Numbered from the whole stretch's first letter, positions 39,330 through 53,112 are shown. The stretch: DNA of 63,069 nt, filler included, from Octopus bimaculoides (GCF_001194135.2; 5 parts of 5 records of this genome joined end to end with filler, not necessarily neighbours in it), one strand, 5' to 3'. Numbers and translations: made by a program. Notes: a model not told the origin generated them from the letters alone.

Positions 39330-40223
39330 TCATCCTCCTCTTGAGCTTGTACTTTTTCTGCTCTGGACGACATGCAATCCTCTGAAATCTTATGGACCAT
39401 TGGAGAATTGGCTCGTCAAGTTGCACGCACATGCAGAGACCATTCGTTTTTATGGAATCATTCTGCAGAGAGAACCAAACATCGTTCTTTCTTGCATGGA
39501 TGCGCACCTCTTACCCCACCAATTTCTTGGTACCAAAGGAAATTCAAGGACTAGGCCGAAAAGTGTACACAGCTCTGCTCTTACTCTTCACAGGGAAACT
39601 AGGCAGGGAGGCACTGGGCATGTCAGTTGTCTCCCTCCATTGATTCACCTTACCATGCATTGTTTTATCTAAGACGCTATTTCTTCAAAGTTTTTATGGT
39701 GGACACAGGTGCCAGCATAAGTATTTGGCCCCAAAGGTTTACTTCCACCAATCCTGGTCTTTCCAACATATCTCTCTATACAGTAAATCACTCCGCCATT
39801 AAAACCTATGGACAAATCTCTCTTACCCTGGATTTATCACTCCATAGGGATTTCAAGTGGATCTTCGTCATTGCGGATCTGCCCTATCCCATCCTTGGTG
39901 CTGACTTCTTACATCACTATTCTCTCCTTGTGGACGTTGGAGGACGCCAACTTATTGATGACACTACCTCACTCGCCGTCTCTGGAAAGGATTCTTCTGT
40001 TCCTGTTGTGAGCCCTTCTTTCTTTGTGGCTGCTCCAAGTGACTCTTACCACCAGTTACTCGCTTCGTTTCCAGAGTTGGCTGATTTATCATTTCATCTG
40101 TCGAATCCAGCCCATTCCATGAGACATTTCATCACGACTAATGGACCTCCAGTTTTTTCCCAACTGCGCTGTTTGTCTCTAGAGAAACTCTGGATCACCC
40201 GCCTGAATTCAAGCACATGCTGA
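39330..40223 (+). mobile_element. Gypsy gag end + aspartic protease fragment
   Basis: SWYQRKF..(A)RK..(gag knuckle-like), then FMVDTGASISIWP...SAIKTYGQISLTLDL..FKWIFVIADLPYPILGADFLHHYSLLVD...HFITTNGPPVFSQLR.L. Confidence 0.8.
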
Positions 40224-40879
40224 ATTTGAGATTCTGACACGAGACCTTGCGACTTCCTCTTTTGGCATTTAGATGTCGGAGTGCAAGGACACGGTCTAGT
40301 TAGCTGTCTTATGACACATGGCGACTAGCAGATATGAGGTAATACACAGAAGATGATCATGGCCTCCATGCATCAAACTCTTTCCATTTATCATTCAACT
40401 TATATATGTGTGTGTGTGTGTGTGTGAGGCCAACATTAAAGGTATTTAAAGTTACAGCCTTGTTCTATGTATTTCTTTGTACCGTATTCCTATCAAATGA
40501 TATTACAGCCTTCTGAAGGAGTCAACCTTTAGATGACTCTACAACCCTGATACAAACACCATCTAAAACTTTTCCCTCCTCACCCTATTGCAACTGTTAA
40601 CACTTCCCTCTCCTTTTCTCCCACCGTCTTTTTCTCCCACCGTCTTTTTCTCTCACTCTTCACTCCTCCTTTCAACTTATTACGTGATGCATTTGGCCTT
40701 ATTATTATAACCCTCTTTTCATTCTTCTCTACTCACATTCCATCTCCTCACTCTTTCACTCACTTAACCTCCACCTCTATAACTAACTAAAACAAGCACA
40801 TTATTATATATATTTATTCTGTTGTAGATGGAATGTATTATGTGTTGTAATATGCAATTAGTGTTTTCTTCATCCTTCT

Positions 40880-41200
40880 GTCCGTTACCTCAAGGAATTG
40901 TTCTAATGACAATGTTAATGTCATCAACATACAGAGTGTATGGTGCTACATTAATATTCAAAGTAGCTCATTTTTATCTTATTTGTTCTTTCCACAGCAC
41001 CATGGAAAGATTGTCGATGTCTCAAGCAATTCCAGACCTGATAGAGCCAAGTTTCACCTGTTTAAAAAGTATGTTGCTAAATTAAACCAAAGATTAAAAG
41101 GGAAGAGACGAGAAGGAAAGAACCTCATCATAAGGCCAGTTTCAACAGATGTAGTAAGTAGAATTATGTCAGTTAATAGGTTGCAGAAATGCAGCAGAAT
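40880..41200 (-). mobile_element. Degenerate Penelope-like RT fragment
   Basis: Minus-strand frame with stops: KQVKLGSIRSGIA*DIDNLSMVLWKEQIR*K*ATLNINVAPYTLYVDDINIVIR, resembling the PLE Q..G..IG..IA...M.W...YVDDI motif. Confidence 0.4.
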
Positions 41201-41619
41201 TTTTGATAGATTAACAAAAGGAAAACAAAAAACACACACACACGAAAAGTGAATACAACTTTTGTGTGTTTTTAAATAGGTAAGATAATTCGTCGACGAT
41301 GTAATTATAAGTTAGTTGGTAGTAGGTTCATTACTGTATAACGAACACAAAACCTGATTTTCAACACGTTATTAATGTGTTTCACCTATCTATTATAACC
41401 TTTCTAATAATTGCAATTTATATTGCATGCTTTCAATGACGGAAAATAAAATGTTTTCGTTACACTCATACTTCATAAAAATGATTAAAAATATTTAACT
41501 ATTTTTTTATAAAGGCAAGCAACTGTTGATTGTAACGGGATTTAAAATAAACAGAGTAGTTTCCCTTAGCTTGTAAACGCAGCTAGTGTAATCGACGAAG
41601 GAATTTAAAAACTATGTAT

Positions 41620-41726
<107 letters not shown>

Positions 41727-42329
41727 TAAATGAAAGGCTTAGAATCAAAGTCTAATCTTTCATTTATGATTTTTCGGTTTGAATGACGTAGAGATAGTCG
41801 TGAGTCTTCATAGTGGACAGCAAGAAAATAAAAAAATTATATTCTAACTGATACAAATCACTGCTTGATTTTAAATTATCTAAAAGTAACATTTACACTG
41901 TAGATGGAGAGAAGGCTTCCAGCATTGTAACAGGTATGGGTCACCAAATGTAACAATATAATTGGAACTGGTAGATTGTGATGCTGCAAGTAAGAGGAGA
42001 GGCTGCATGCTGAATAATGGACAAGCATGAATGCCAAAGCTTGGATTCTTAGTTATAGTCGTATCTCTTGCATAACTATAGACAAGGTGTGATGACCCCA
42101 AAATAAAAATACCCAATATGTAAAGTAAGTAAATAAATAAAATAATACCTAAAATAAAATAAATTCCTTGGACAGCTCATATTGGCCTTTACAACTCAAA
42201 TCTAGATGGAAATTATATATACCATGAAATATTTAACAAAGTACATTGCCATTTAATCCAAACACACATAAAACAATTTTGAATCAGGCATAATTTCATT
42301 ATTTATCATATTGTTCCCATGATTCATGG

Positions 42330-43830
42330 GATTTGTTGATGACTGAGAGTCCTCTTCAGATTGACAAGGACCATCAGTCATCCTGGGTAGTGGGACTTTG
42401 TGAGTGTGCCAATGGCTAGTCAGTTCAATTTGCTCATGGATTGTCTTTGACCTTGTGGGCAGGAAATGCAAACAATAGTGCAAGCTCTGATAGAGTTTCG
42501 CTTTCTTACTTGCCTGCTTTGTTCAGCTGCAGTAACTTTGTTCACCTCACATGCTGCAGAGCCTTTGGGGGCTGTATAATGCCATTCTCTTCTAGCCAAT
42601 GCTGTCTATTTGTATTGTTTATGGTTAATGTTGAAGTCCTTCACTGAAGCTTTCAAAGTATCTTTGATGTGATTTTCCAAGCTACCATGGGAGCATTTAT
42701 CATGCTGGAATTTACCTTTTAACAGATTTTCTCAGGAGCCAGTTGTCTAACATGTGAAGTACAGGACCTTTCCAGTGCAGCTGTGATTGCATCAGAACTG
42801 TATGGATGCTGGCCATTTCAGCATGAGATAATACCTCTGAATCATGAATACTGTCCTGCTACTTGCTGGCAAAAATTTTTTTGGGTGGCTTGATGTGGTT
42901 AAGCTTTGTTGCGTGCTGTTGGCAGATAATCCATGCTTCACAGCCATAGAGTACTGTGGTGAGAATTATGGCTCAGTACACCTTACTCTGTATTTCTAGA
43001 TCAGTACTCCACAACTGGTATGCAATGGCACACTGGTGTGCTATGAGTGTAACTAGATGTGCTGGAGTGTAACCTGAATATAATTTTTTTCCCTATACTT
43101 CTAGTACCGCCAAATTTTGAAAAGAATATAAGTGTACTGCAAGTGAAAAAAGGTTGCAGAACATTGTTCTACATTAATGCTTCTCCTATTCCACATGCCC
43201 TTGTGATGAAAGTGGCACTGACCTTGGCAAGTTTGGCATTCACTTTGTCATCAATAATGACAATTTGGTAGAGTGTGCTTTGCAGGTTGATAAACCTGTT
43301 CACTGTATTCAGTTGTTTTCCATTGATGAAGATGTTGACTTCAATACATGTTTTTCCGGATGCTGGCTGATTCATCACTTCAGTTTTCTGTATATTGATC
43401 TTCACAGTTGTGGTGTGTGCGTACGAGGAGATGTAATCGCCTTACCTCGGTTTTCCTTTCCTCGACTGCGAGTCCGTCTTGCGGTATCCGATCCTTGAAG
43501 CTTGCCTCGACCCAAAGTACACCAGGAATAGCAGCTGCTTCTCCCGAACCTTCCCAAACCTAGACCGTCGCTTAACACGTCTTGTCCTGACCGCAGCCCC
43601 GTTCGAAAAGGGCACGAATGCCGATCAAGGCTCCCTCTGCCCTTTTTCCCCTTCCGGTCGACTCACCCTTCCGGTCAGCCTCCCCAGACACTGACGTCAT
43701 ACCACAACAGTCACAGTCATTACAGGTGTCAAAGAATCTGTTAACAATGTTTGGAAGGTCAGCCTCTGAGGTAGCACTGAGGGTACTGTCATTGCAAAGA
43801 GAAATCCTTTGATGTTGTCAGTTGAAAACT
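42330..43830 (-). mobile_element. RTE/BovB-like LINE fragment interrupted by a solo LTR
   Basis: FLFA.DSTLSATSEADLPNIVNRFFDTCND | KINIQKTEVMNQP...INGKQLNTVNRF...DDKVNAKLAKVSATF, plus downstream RTE C-terminal motifs. Coding continuity is restored when 43409-43706 and one TSD are removed. Confidence 0.75.
43409..43706. mobile_element. Solo LTR, 298 bp, with perfect 5-bp TSD
   Basis: Termini TGTGGTGT...ATACCACA (7/8 inverted match). ACAGT at 43404-43408 and 43707-43711. Interior is GC- and CpG-rich. Confidence 0.85.
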
Positions 43831-43840
43831 TGATTTTCAG

Positions 43841-44930
43841 TTAAAGCTTCCTATGATTGAAGACTGAGCAATCTGTACAGTATCTGATATAGCTGCTAAT
43901 ATCTGTGTCTGTGTTTTCAATTCTGGAGTCATTATTCAGATAGCAGAAAACATGAAGCTGAACAGAGTACACGCATGATATACTCAATGCTCTCTTTGCT
44001 GGTCTGTCAGTCTTGTCTAACTGACACAGTGCAGCACTGAAGGCCATCTGGACTGATCTTAAATCTCTACTTCTCTCACTCCATTTAACATAAGTCCTAT
44101 CAGTGTCACCATTAATGTGGAAGACACTAGCCATTGCTGGTATCTTCCTATTTCTGATGTCCAAAGTGTAGATTTCTTGATGTATCCAGTCCAACATCCC
44201 AAAATTTGGTGCTAGTACTAGCACTGTGAAGATATTGTGGGATATTGTTTTAACAAATGCAGACTGCTCTGATTTCCATACATTCCTAAATCTGCTGAAG
44301 TATTCTTTTGTCACTCTAGTATCACAACACCAACATATGTGATATTCTCACCAATTCTGAGGAATTTGTAGCATTCATCATTGTTGACAGGGGAAATACA
44401 CAAGCCATTGATATCCATATTCACTGCCTGGTTGACAATCTTTCTTAGTTTCACTATCAAATATGAACACTTGTCCTGACCTAACTCTGATCCTGTGTGC
44501 CATGAGAAAGTTGTGACCAGGTCTAACTGGTTAGTAGTGTCAGGTACAGCTCAAGTTCATCAATAAAAAAGATGTAGGTAAAATTAATCTTCCTTTCATC
44601 TGTAGCTCTTATCGTGTAGTGTTTGTATTTCTTTTACTGGGCTGACAAAGGTTTCACAAAAAGCATTACAGATAAGTTGTTGCCCTGAAATATTCCTGTT
44701 GATAGCCTAATTTGTTAGTGAATATAGTGATGGTTTCCTTTTCTAATGATAGCTCTGTGAATCATGTTGTGTTAGCCTCTTAATGACATTGACTTTGGCA
44801 TTTGCAATTTTAGCAAAGCATAGTGACTCAATTATCTATGAGGGAGGAACAGCATCAAATGTTTTCAGTCTCAGCCATGCAAGCTATGCGCCGCATGCTC
44901 TGTTATATAATCGGATAATTAGATAAAATA
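43841..44930 (-). mobile_element. R4/Dong-like RLE LINE RT fragment
   Basis: IRLSTGIFQG..LSVML, LVTTFS..G.ELGQDKCSYLIV, RVTKEYFSRFRNVWKSEQSAF.K..SHNIF...FGMLDW...EIYTLDIRNRKI...FHINGDTDRTYVK. Confidence 0.7.
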
Positions 44931-45154
44931 GTTACTTTCTTGCAAAAAATAATCTGTCCAGTTTTCGAAATATTCTGTCTCCCCTTCCCCTCTCTCAGTG
45001 ACTAGTAAAAGCTTTGAGAATCCAGCATATAGAAACTCCCTAACTCCCTATCTATGTTAGTTTGACCTTCCTTCCTTCTCCTCTCTCTCTCTCTCTCTCT
45101 CTTAGTGACCTGTCAAAAGATATGCTAGGACCGATCTCCCCTTCCCCTCTCTCA

Positions 45155-45254
45155 NNNNNNNNNNNNNNNNNNNNNNNNNNNNNNNNNNNNNNNNNNNNTT
45201 AATTAATTAANNNNNNNNNNNNNNNNNNNNNNNNNNNNNNNNNNNNNNNNNNNN
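45155..45254. other. Artificial assembly linker N44-TTAATTAATTAA-N44
   Basis: Same 100-bp structure as at 15740. Confidence 0.95.
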
Positions 45255-46564
45255 ACAAGAAAATGATAAAAGCTGAATAAGTGGCCAGGCCATGCGCTTT
45301 CGAACTTGTCATACACACACACACACACACATACACACACACACACACATACACACACACACACACACTGCCGAGCATTCTTATAATTTCCGTCTGCCAA
45401 ATTCACTTAGAAGGCATCGGTCGGCGTGGGACTATAGTAAAAGACACATGCCCAGAACGCGCAGTGGGATTGAACCCGCAAAAACCACGTGGTTGCAGAA
45501 CGAACATCTTAACCACACATCCAAAGATTTTAATCCTAATCACTTATAGGTATGTATGCATGCATGTATGTATGTATGTATGTATGTATGTATGTATGCA
45601 GTTATGCAGGTATGCATGTATGTATGTATGTATGCATATATGCATATATGCATGCATGTATACATATATTTAAATCTGTATGCATATANNNNNNNNNNNN
45701 NNNNNNNNNNNNNNNNNNNNNNNNNNNNNNNNNNNNNNNNNNNNNNNNNNNNNNNNNNNNNNNNNNNNNNNNNNNNNNNNNNNNNNNNNNNNNNNNNNNN
45801 NNNNNNNNNNNNNNNNNNNNNNNNNNNNNNNNNNNNNNNNNNNNNNNNNNNNNNNNNNNNNNNNNNNNNNNNNNNNNNNNNNNNNNNNNNNNNNNNNNNN
45901 NNNNNNNNNNNNNNNNNNNNNNNNNNNNNNNNNNNNNNNNNNNNNNNNNNNNNNNNNNNNNNNNNNNNNNNNNNNNNNNNNNNNNNNNNNNNNNNNNNNN
46001 NNNNNNNNNNNNNNNNNNNNNNNNNNNNNNNNNNNNNNNNNNNNNNNNNNNNNNNNNNNNNNNNNNNNNNNNNNNNNNNNNNNNNNNNNNNNNNNNNNNN
46101 NNNNNNNNNNNNNNNNNNNNNNNNNNNNNNNNNNNNNNNNNNNNNNNNNNNNNNNNNNNNNNNNNNNNNNNNNNNNNNNNNNNNNNNNNNNNNNNNNNNN
46201 NNNNNNNNNNNNNTATATATATATATATATGCATGTGGACATATACACACAATGATGTCATAAATAAATAAATGTTCAGCTAAGAAGATGACGATCTTAT
46301 CTATGTTTCTGTCAGCGATTTAAATTAGTTATGGCTGTTGCGTTGCCATGGCGATGAATGACTAGTTAATTAAAGATTCCCCGCTCCCACATCGTTTGGC
46401 TTGTAGGCGTGCTTCTTCTTCTTGCTCTTCGGCGTTGGTGTTGTTCCGTTGTTCCGTTGTTGTTCTTGTTGTTGATGTTACCCTGAACCTTCTTAATGTT
46501 GTTATTGTACTTTGATTTTTACGATTGCATGTACTTGTTTGTCTCTGATCCTTCACAATTCCTC

Positions 46565-47075
46565 CTACCCCTTCTCACCATCATCATCATCATCGTCGTC
46601 GTCCTCGTCAATATTACCCATCCCCACCAATACCACCACCACCATCATCCCCATCATCATCATCATCGTCGTCGTCGTCGTCGTCACCGTCGTCGTCACC
46701 GTCGTCATCGCGTCATCATCGTCATCATCGTCACCACCACCACCACCACCACCACAACCACCATCACCATCATCATCATCATCATTATCATCACCAACAC
46801 GAGATCCACCATCTCCACCAGCACCATCAGTACCATCACTATCATGATCATTATCATGATCATGGTCGTCATGACCACGATTATCATCATCATTACCATC
46901 ATCATTATCGTCATCGTCGTCGTCGTCATCATCATCATAATCACCATCATTACCTCTACTATAATTTTATTCCTCCTCCACTTCCCTTCCTCCTCCTGAT
47001 CATCATCATCATCATAACCCTTCTCTACTACTACTACTACTACTACCACCATCACTACTACTACTACTACTACAC
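46565..47075. repeat. Compound trinucleotide low-complexity tract (CAT/CGT/CAC/TAC)
   Basis: Direct reading. It produces the homopolymeric ORFs in the track. Confidence 0.9.
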
Positions 47076-49199
47076 TTGCTGCTGTCTGTCTCTTTTATAC
47101 CCACTCCGGGCCTTTTTATAGATTTAAATAGCCCATTTCTTAATGTCTTCTGCTACTTTAAATTCTTCAACCTATTTACCTTCCATCGTTCTGTACCATC
47201 AACTTCTCCTTCCATTTCCCTTTCTCCCTCCTCGTTTACCACATCCACAAATTGCCCAAACCCTACCCTCTCCCCATAACCACCACAACCACACACACAC
47301 ACCCTACCGTCCTCATATATATGGTTGCTTACAAAGGCATAATAGAATACGTAGAATTAGTCTTCCATGTTAATCGTTCGTTTATTGGTTTCCATTTCTT
47401 TTGTAAGGGAGAACCGTCTGGCTAGAAGTCATTTGTTTTTTGTTTGTGAAATAAATCTGAATTTAATGGAATGAAGTACATTATTTAATCTTTATGTATT
47501 TATTCAGTTCAGTTTCCTTTTTTTTGTTTCAACCCTTTTGTCCTTAACCCTTAAACCCGCGAGTACGCTTTAGTGGAAGCGATTTCGTTTGACTCTATCC
47601 CTGGAAGAGCGCCAAAATCAAGCGACATCATTTGCGTTTACGGCAAAAAATAACAATGTTTCTGTCAATTAGCGAACCGTAAACATCGAACCATGTGATC
47701 ACTTGCTTTTGTGCTTTACAGAAATATAGTAGTCAAACAAAATCGTCCCCACTAAAATCTACTTACGAGTTCAGATGATTAATATTCGTATACAGCTGCT
47801 GTCTCGGTTTGGCTGATTCTCTTCAGTATGAATTAACTAAGATTTCGAATCTCTTCAGCATAGAGTAAGTAAAGTTTTAGGAATTTACATCTTTTTTGAT
47901 CTGAGTTACCTAAATTCTATATCCCAGTGGCTCTCAGCTGAGGCACGCCGGAAGGATATCCAGTGCCGCAAGGATATCCAGTGAGTCTTGGATTTTAATA
48001 AATTAGCATCTATCATCTTGAAGGTTGTGTGGTTAAGGAATTATGTGTGTCTTTATTGTAGATCTTTATTGTGTGATTGCGTGTGTTAAGTGTGTATGTG
48101 TGTGTGTGTTTCGTGAGTGCAATCGGGTATGTGTATATGCGACTTTATTGTTTCGTGGGTGTGCGTGCGTCTTTCTTGTGCGTGTGTGTGTGAATAGTAT
48201 TGCGTATGTGTATATGTTATTATTGTGTGTTTGAGTGATGTTTGGTTTATGTTTATCTTTGCCTCTTTAGTGTGTGTGACAGATTGCCGTCAGGATGTGC
48301 TTAGCAAATGTATGTGGTGTCTATGGTTAACGTGTGTCAGTTTGTGTGTAACCTGATGTGTTAATGTGTATTCGTGTGTGAGTGCGCGTATTCATTATAT
48401 TGCTAAGTATGTGGGCGTTCAATGTATGTGAGTATATATATTTTAGTGTATGTTTGTCTGTGTGTTTAGTGTGTGGATATTGTGTGTTGTACAGTAGAAT
48501 AATGAATCGACTAAAATTCTTCAAGGCGATGCTCCAGCATGGCTATAATCTAATGGCTGAAACTTATTCTTTTTAAAACTTGGTACATATTTTATCGTTT
48601 CTTTTGCCGAACAGCTAAGTTACAGGGACGTAAATTCACCAACACCGGTTGTCAACCGGTAGGGGAGGAGACATACACAGACACACACAAATATACATAC
48701 ATATATACGTGTGTTTGTGTGTATGTATATATATATCTATATCTATATCTATCTATCTATCTCTCTCTCTCTCTCTCTNNNNNNNNNNNNNNNNNNNNNN
48801 NNNNNNNNNNNNNNNNNNNNNNNNNNNNNNNNNNNNNNNNNNNNNNNNNNNNNNNNNNNNNNNNNNNNNNNNNNNNNNNNNNNNNNNNNNNNNNNNNNNN
48901 NNNNNNNNNNNNNNNNNNNNNNNNNNNNNNNNNNNNNNNNNNNNNNNNNNNNNNNNNNNNNNNNNNNNNNNNNNNNNNNNNNNNNNNNNNNNNNNNNNNN
49001 NNNNNNNNNNNNNNNNNNNNNNNNNNNNNNNNNNNNNNNNNNNNNNNNNNNNNNNNNNNNNNNNNNNNNNNNNNNNNNNNNNNNNNNNNNNNNNNNCCGG
49101 AACCATGTGATTGGGAAGCAAGCTCCTCACCACAAAACCATTCCTGCGTTCATTATTGAAATCAAACAAAACGCTGCTAAGCATCCTGTCCAGTGCAGC

Positions 49200-49790
49200 A
49201 ACGATTTTACCCTCTTGCCTCCTTTCCAGTATCTCTCTGTTACTTCACGCCGTTCGCCATTAATATTTTCTCATGCATTCTTAATGTTAAATTTCTTCCT
49301 AAAGTCTCTTATGTTACTTGCACATTCTCCCTTTATTTGTCTTGTATAAATATAAGACATTTTCGCATAAATATAAGACTTTCACAGTTGCTAGTACCTG
49401 CTAGCCCTTTCAATTTTAATTTTTTATTTACCATTTTCTTTTGTGGCTGCAAACAAATTAATAGTTTTCGTTTTGATGGTTTTTTGTCTGACTTACCGAA
49501 ACGCGCTTTCTTTTGCAACCTTGAATCTAAATTGCCAAGAAACATATTTATCATCTATTACAGTGCTTCTGCTTCTTGTCTGAGAATTCTATGATAAAGC
49601 TGCACTTTGTCCCTGTTATTTTCTAAAGCTTCGTGTTTCTCATAACATAATGCATCATTGACTCCCAAATAGTGTGATTTTGGCCTATTTTCCTCTTGTG
49701 GGTACCATTTCAATGTTCGCTAATAATTTCTAATTTCTTGTACAGTTCTTTATTGTTCTCTTCTTCGCAATCTCACCTTTTGTGTTAGCA
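49200..49790 (-). mobile_element. Degenerate pogo/Tigger (CENP-B-like) transposase 5' part
   Basis: Frameshifted minus-strand fragments KRTIKN..QEIRKLLANIE, ...KG.., GECAS, NINGE...YWK occur in the order expected for HTH-psq/CENP-B/DDE-start. Confidence 0.4.
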
Positions 49791-51280
49791 GTGCACACTC
49801 GTTTTTAACTCTTGATATTTGGAAATACGGTTACCCACTCGATTAATACAGCTTCGAATAACACATGTATGTATGTATGTATGCATGAATGTATGTATGT
49901 ATATATTTATGTATGTATGTATGTATGCATGAATGCATGAATGTATGTATGTATGTATGCATGTATGTATGTATGTATGCTTGTATGTCATATATATATA
50001 TATATATATANNNNNNNNNNNNNNNNNNNNNNNNNNNNNNNNNNNNNNNNNNNNNNNNNNNNNNNNNNNNNNNNNNNNNNNNNNNNNNNNNNNNNNNNNN
50101 NNNNNNNNNNNNNNNNNNNNNNNNNNNNNNNNNNNNNNNNNNNNNNNNNNNNNNNNNNNNNNNNNNNNNNNNNNNNNNNNNNNNNNNNNNNNNNNNNNNN
50201 NNNNNNNNNNNNNNNNNNNNNNNNNNNNNNNNNNNNNNNNNNNNNNNNNNNNNNNNNNNNNNNNNNNNNNNNNNNNNNNNNNNNNNNNNNNNNNNNNNNN
50301 NNNNNNNNNNNNNNNNNNNNNNNNNNNNNNNNNNNNNNNNNNNNNNNNNNNNNNNNNNNNNNNNNNNNNNNNNNNNGACTGAAACAAGTAAAAGAGTATG
50401 TATGCATGAATGTATCTATGTATGTATGTATGTTTGTATGTGTGTATGTATGTATGTATGTAAGTATGTATGTATGTATGTATGTATCTATGTATGTATG
50501 TGTGTATGTATGTGTGTATGTATGTATGTATGTATGTATGTGTGTATGTATGTATGTATGTGTGTGTGTGTTGGTGTGTGTGTGTTGGTGTGTGTGTGTT
50601 GGTGTGTGTGTGTTGGTGTGTGTGTACTCTTTTATATATTTCAGTTACTGGACTGCGCCCATGCTGGTGCACTGTCTCGCACGATTTAGTCGAACTAATC
50701 AACCTCAGTACTTATTTTCATTCTGCTATATACTCAGTTGCTTTATTATCGCTGGACCAGCTCAATACGGCAACATAAACAAACCAACATCGCTTGTCAA
50801 GCGGTGTGTGTGTGTGTGTGTCTGTGCGTGTGTGTGTATGTTTGAAGGCAAACACAAAGACAGACAGACAGACAGAAAGATACAAACACACAAACACATA
50901 CACACAAACGCACGCACACACACACATACACACAAACATGCACACACGAGCACACACATACCAACATGAACTCCAAAAATTGGAGGTCTTGTTGAAAAGA
51001 AAGAAAAAAACAAAATTTCCACAAGCATGTCCTTGGCCATGATCTAAGGGAGGGAGGCTCGGCTGCTATTTCAAGTTGCCTCACCCTGTTGTTCTCAGTG
51101 AAAACGCTGAGATGTTGTTGTTTATGGTTGATAATTTTCTGATTTTATACAATCAGACAGGCACTTCCGGTTAACTTTTAGATTCTATTTCACTGCAATG
51201 GTGGGGCAGCAGCCATTGTCGTCGTCGTCTTCTTCTTCTTCTTCTTCTTCTTCTTCTTCTTCTTCTTCTTCTTCTTCTTC

Positions 51281-51380
51281 NNNNNNNNNNNNNNNNNNNN
51301 NNNNNNNNNNNNNNNNNNNNNNNNTTAATTAATTAANNNNNNNNNNNNNNNNNNNNNNNNNNNNNNNNNNNNNNNNNNNN
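51281..51380. other. Artificial assembly linker N44-TTAATTAATTAA-N44
   Basis: Same 100-bp structure as at 15740. Confidence 0.95.
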
Positions 51381-52102
51381 AGTCTGGGGTGGGGGATGCA
51401 ATTGACTCTCCACGTCCCCTCACAGTTGCTGGCCTTGTGTTAAAATTTGAAAGTCATTGTTATGAAGATATCAAAACTGACCACTCCTCTGCTTGAGCCG
51501 TGTAAAAAGCACTGAGTCCACTCTGCTGAGGGGCTGGTGTTAGGAAGGACATCCAGGTGCAAAAATCCTGCCAAAACAGTCACACAAATCTGGTGCCGAC
51601 CCCTGCCTGGCTGGCTCCTGTCAAAACCATCCCACCCATGCCAGCATGGAAGGCAGATATTAAACGATGATGATGATGGGAAACTGGGTGAATCCTCTGA
51701 CCATTGGGTGAGTGTCTTGCAGCATTTGTTCCAGCTTTTCACATGTGGCTCTGTGTTCTCTTGCATCATTCTGGGGCTGGTAAAGTACGAGTGAAGTACT
51801 GGGGGGGTGCATAGTTTCGAACAGTTATTAAAAGCAGTAGGGTTGGTTGGATTGGTAGAATCAGTAGAGGGCCGAGCCAAACATACGGCAGTATTTAGTT
51901 GTGCTGAGTTCAAATCATACTAAAGTCAGCTTTACCCTTTTATCCTTTGAGGGCAGATAAAGGTACGATTTCAAAAACTGGTATTGATATTAACAACCAT
52001 TCCCTTCCCCTCAAAATTCCTGGCCTTTCATTTATATTAGAAACAATCATTATTTCTGATTGTTGCTGTTTGTGTATTAATTTTTGTCTAATTATATTTC
52101 AG

Positions 52103-52205
52103 TGCTGGAATATGAACAGGTGTACCTGGATAACCTCCCTTCGGCTGAAACTTATGAATACAGCTACATGCACCGCGATGTAATTGCGCACATCACAGTC
52201 ACCAA
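52103..52205 (+). CDS. PPWD1: PPWD1 coding exon (first visible): (V)[33 protein letters not shown](K)
   Basis: tttcAG acceptor, GTAAG donor, 103 nt, phase 1 to 2. Matches recalled PPWD1 [35 protein letters not shown]. Confidence 0.93.
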
Positions 52206-52467
52206 GTAAGGACAGTTTGCACTTTCTGCTTATTGTTTTTGTCACAGTTGTTTAACCTGAAGTTTAACCTTGATCCAGTAAGACCTTCTATCCATGTCCA
52301 CCTCATCATCTTGTAAAAAGTGTCAGTTGGCCAGGAGCGCTGGGGCCAGTCTTGCAGAGATGACAAAATATGTCATTCCTCTACTGGCCATATCAGTTAC
52401 AGAAAATCCTGTCCAAAAGTATGTGAAATATTAAAACATACACACACACACACATACATACATACAC

Positions 52468-52516
<49 letters not shown>

Positions 52517-53112
52517 NNNNNNNNNNNNNNNNNNNNNNNNNNNNNNNNNNNNNNNNNNNNNNNNNNNNNNNNNNNNNNNNNNNNNNNNNNNNNNNNNNNN
52601 NNNNNNNNNNNNNNNNNNNNNNNNNNNNNNNNNNNNNNNNNNNNNNNNNNNNNNNNNNNNNNNNNNNNNNNNNNNNNNNNNNNNNNNNNNNNNNNNNNNN
52701 NNNNNNNNNNNTATATATATATATATGGATAAAACAGATGAATAACGGGTTACTAAATAGCATACAACATTTATTCTGTAGTTTGGTTGTTGTTTAACCC
52801 CAGGCCAGGGCTATGCTCTAAGATGTTCCAGCTGTGACCATCCTGTTTGTTATTCAAACATAAGTGGATCTGGGACTATATTATCTAATATGTCCTTCCT
52901 TGTCGTTGGTGTTTAACCACAGGCCAGTCCTAATCCAGTGAGCCTATGATGAGATATGTTCTAGAACTGTCTTCATATGATGGTGTGTAATTGAAGGAAG
53001 CTTTGGTTGTTATTTCTAGCAGAATGAGTGACCGCATAGATGTTGCCTCACTGTCTGCCGTTGTTGTTGTTGTTGTTGCATTAATGTTCCTTGTCTCTCG
53101 TTTCTCCTGCAG

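Noticed and set aside
40998-41154. Apparent + strand exon with CACCATGG Kozak context and GTATGT/GTAAGT donors (MERLSMSQAIPDLIEPSFTCLK; would even be in phase with the PPWD1 exon)
   Set aside because: No resemblance to the PPWD1 N-terminus. The opposite strand reads as a decayed Penelope-type RT (YVDDINI), which better explains the sequence. RNA-seq could overturn this.
46362-46556. Minus-strand 64-aa ORF with EEQEEEAR as a possible gene start
   Set aside because: Low-complexity (AAC/GAA-rich), no recognisable domain or splice donor, and adjacent to a trinucleotide tract.
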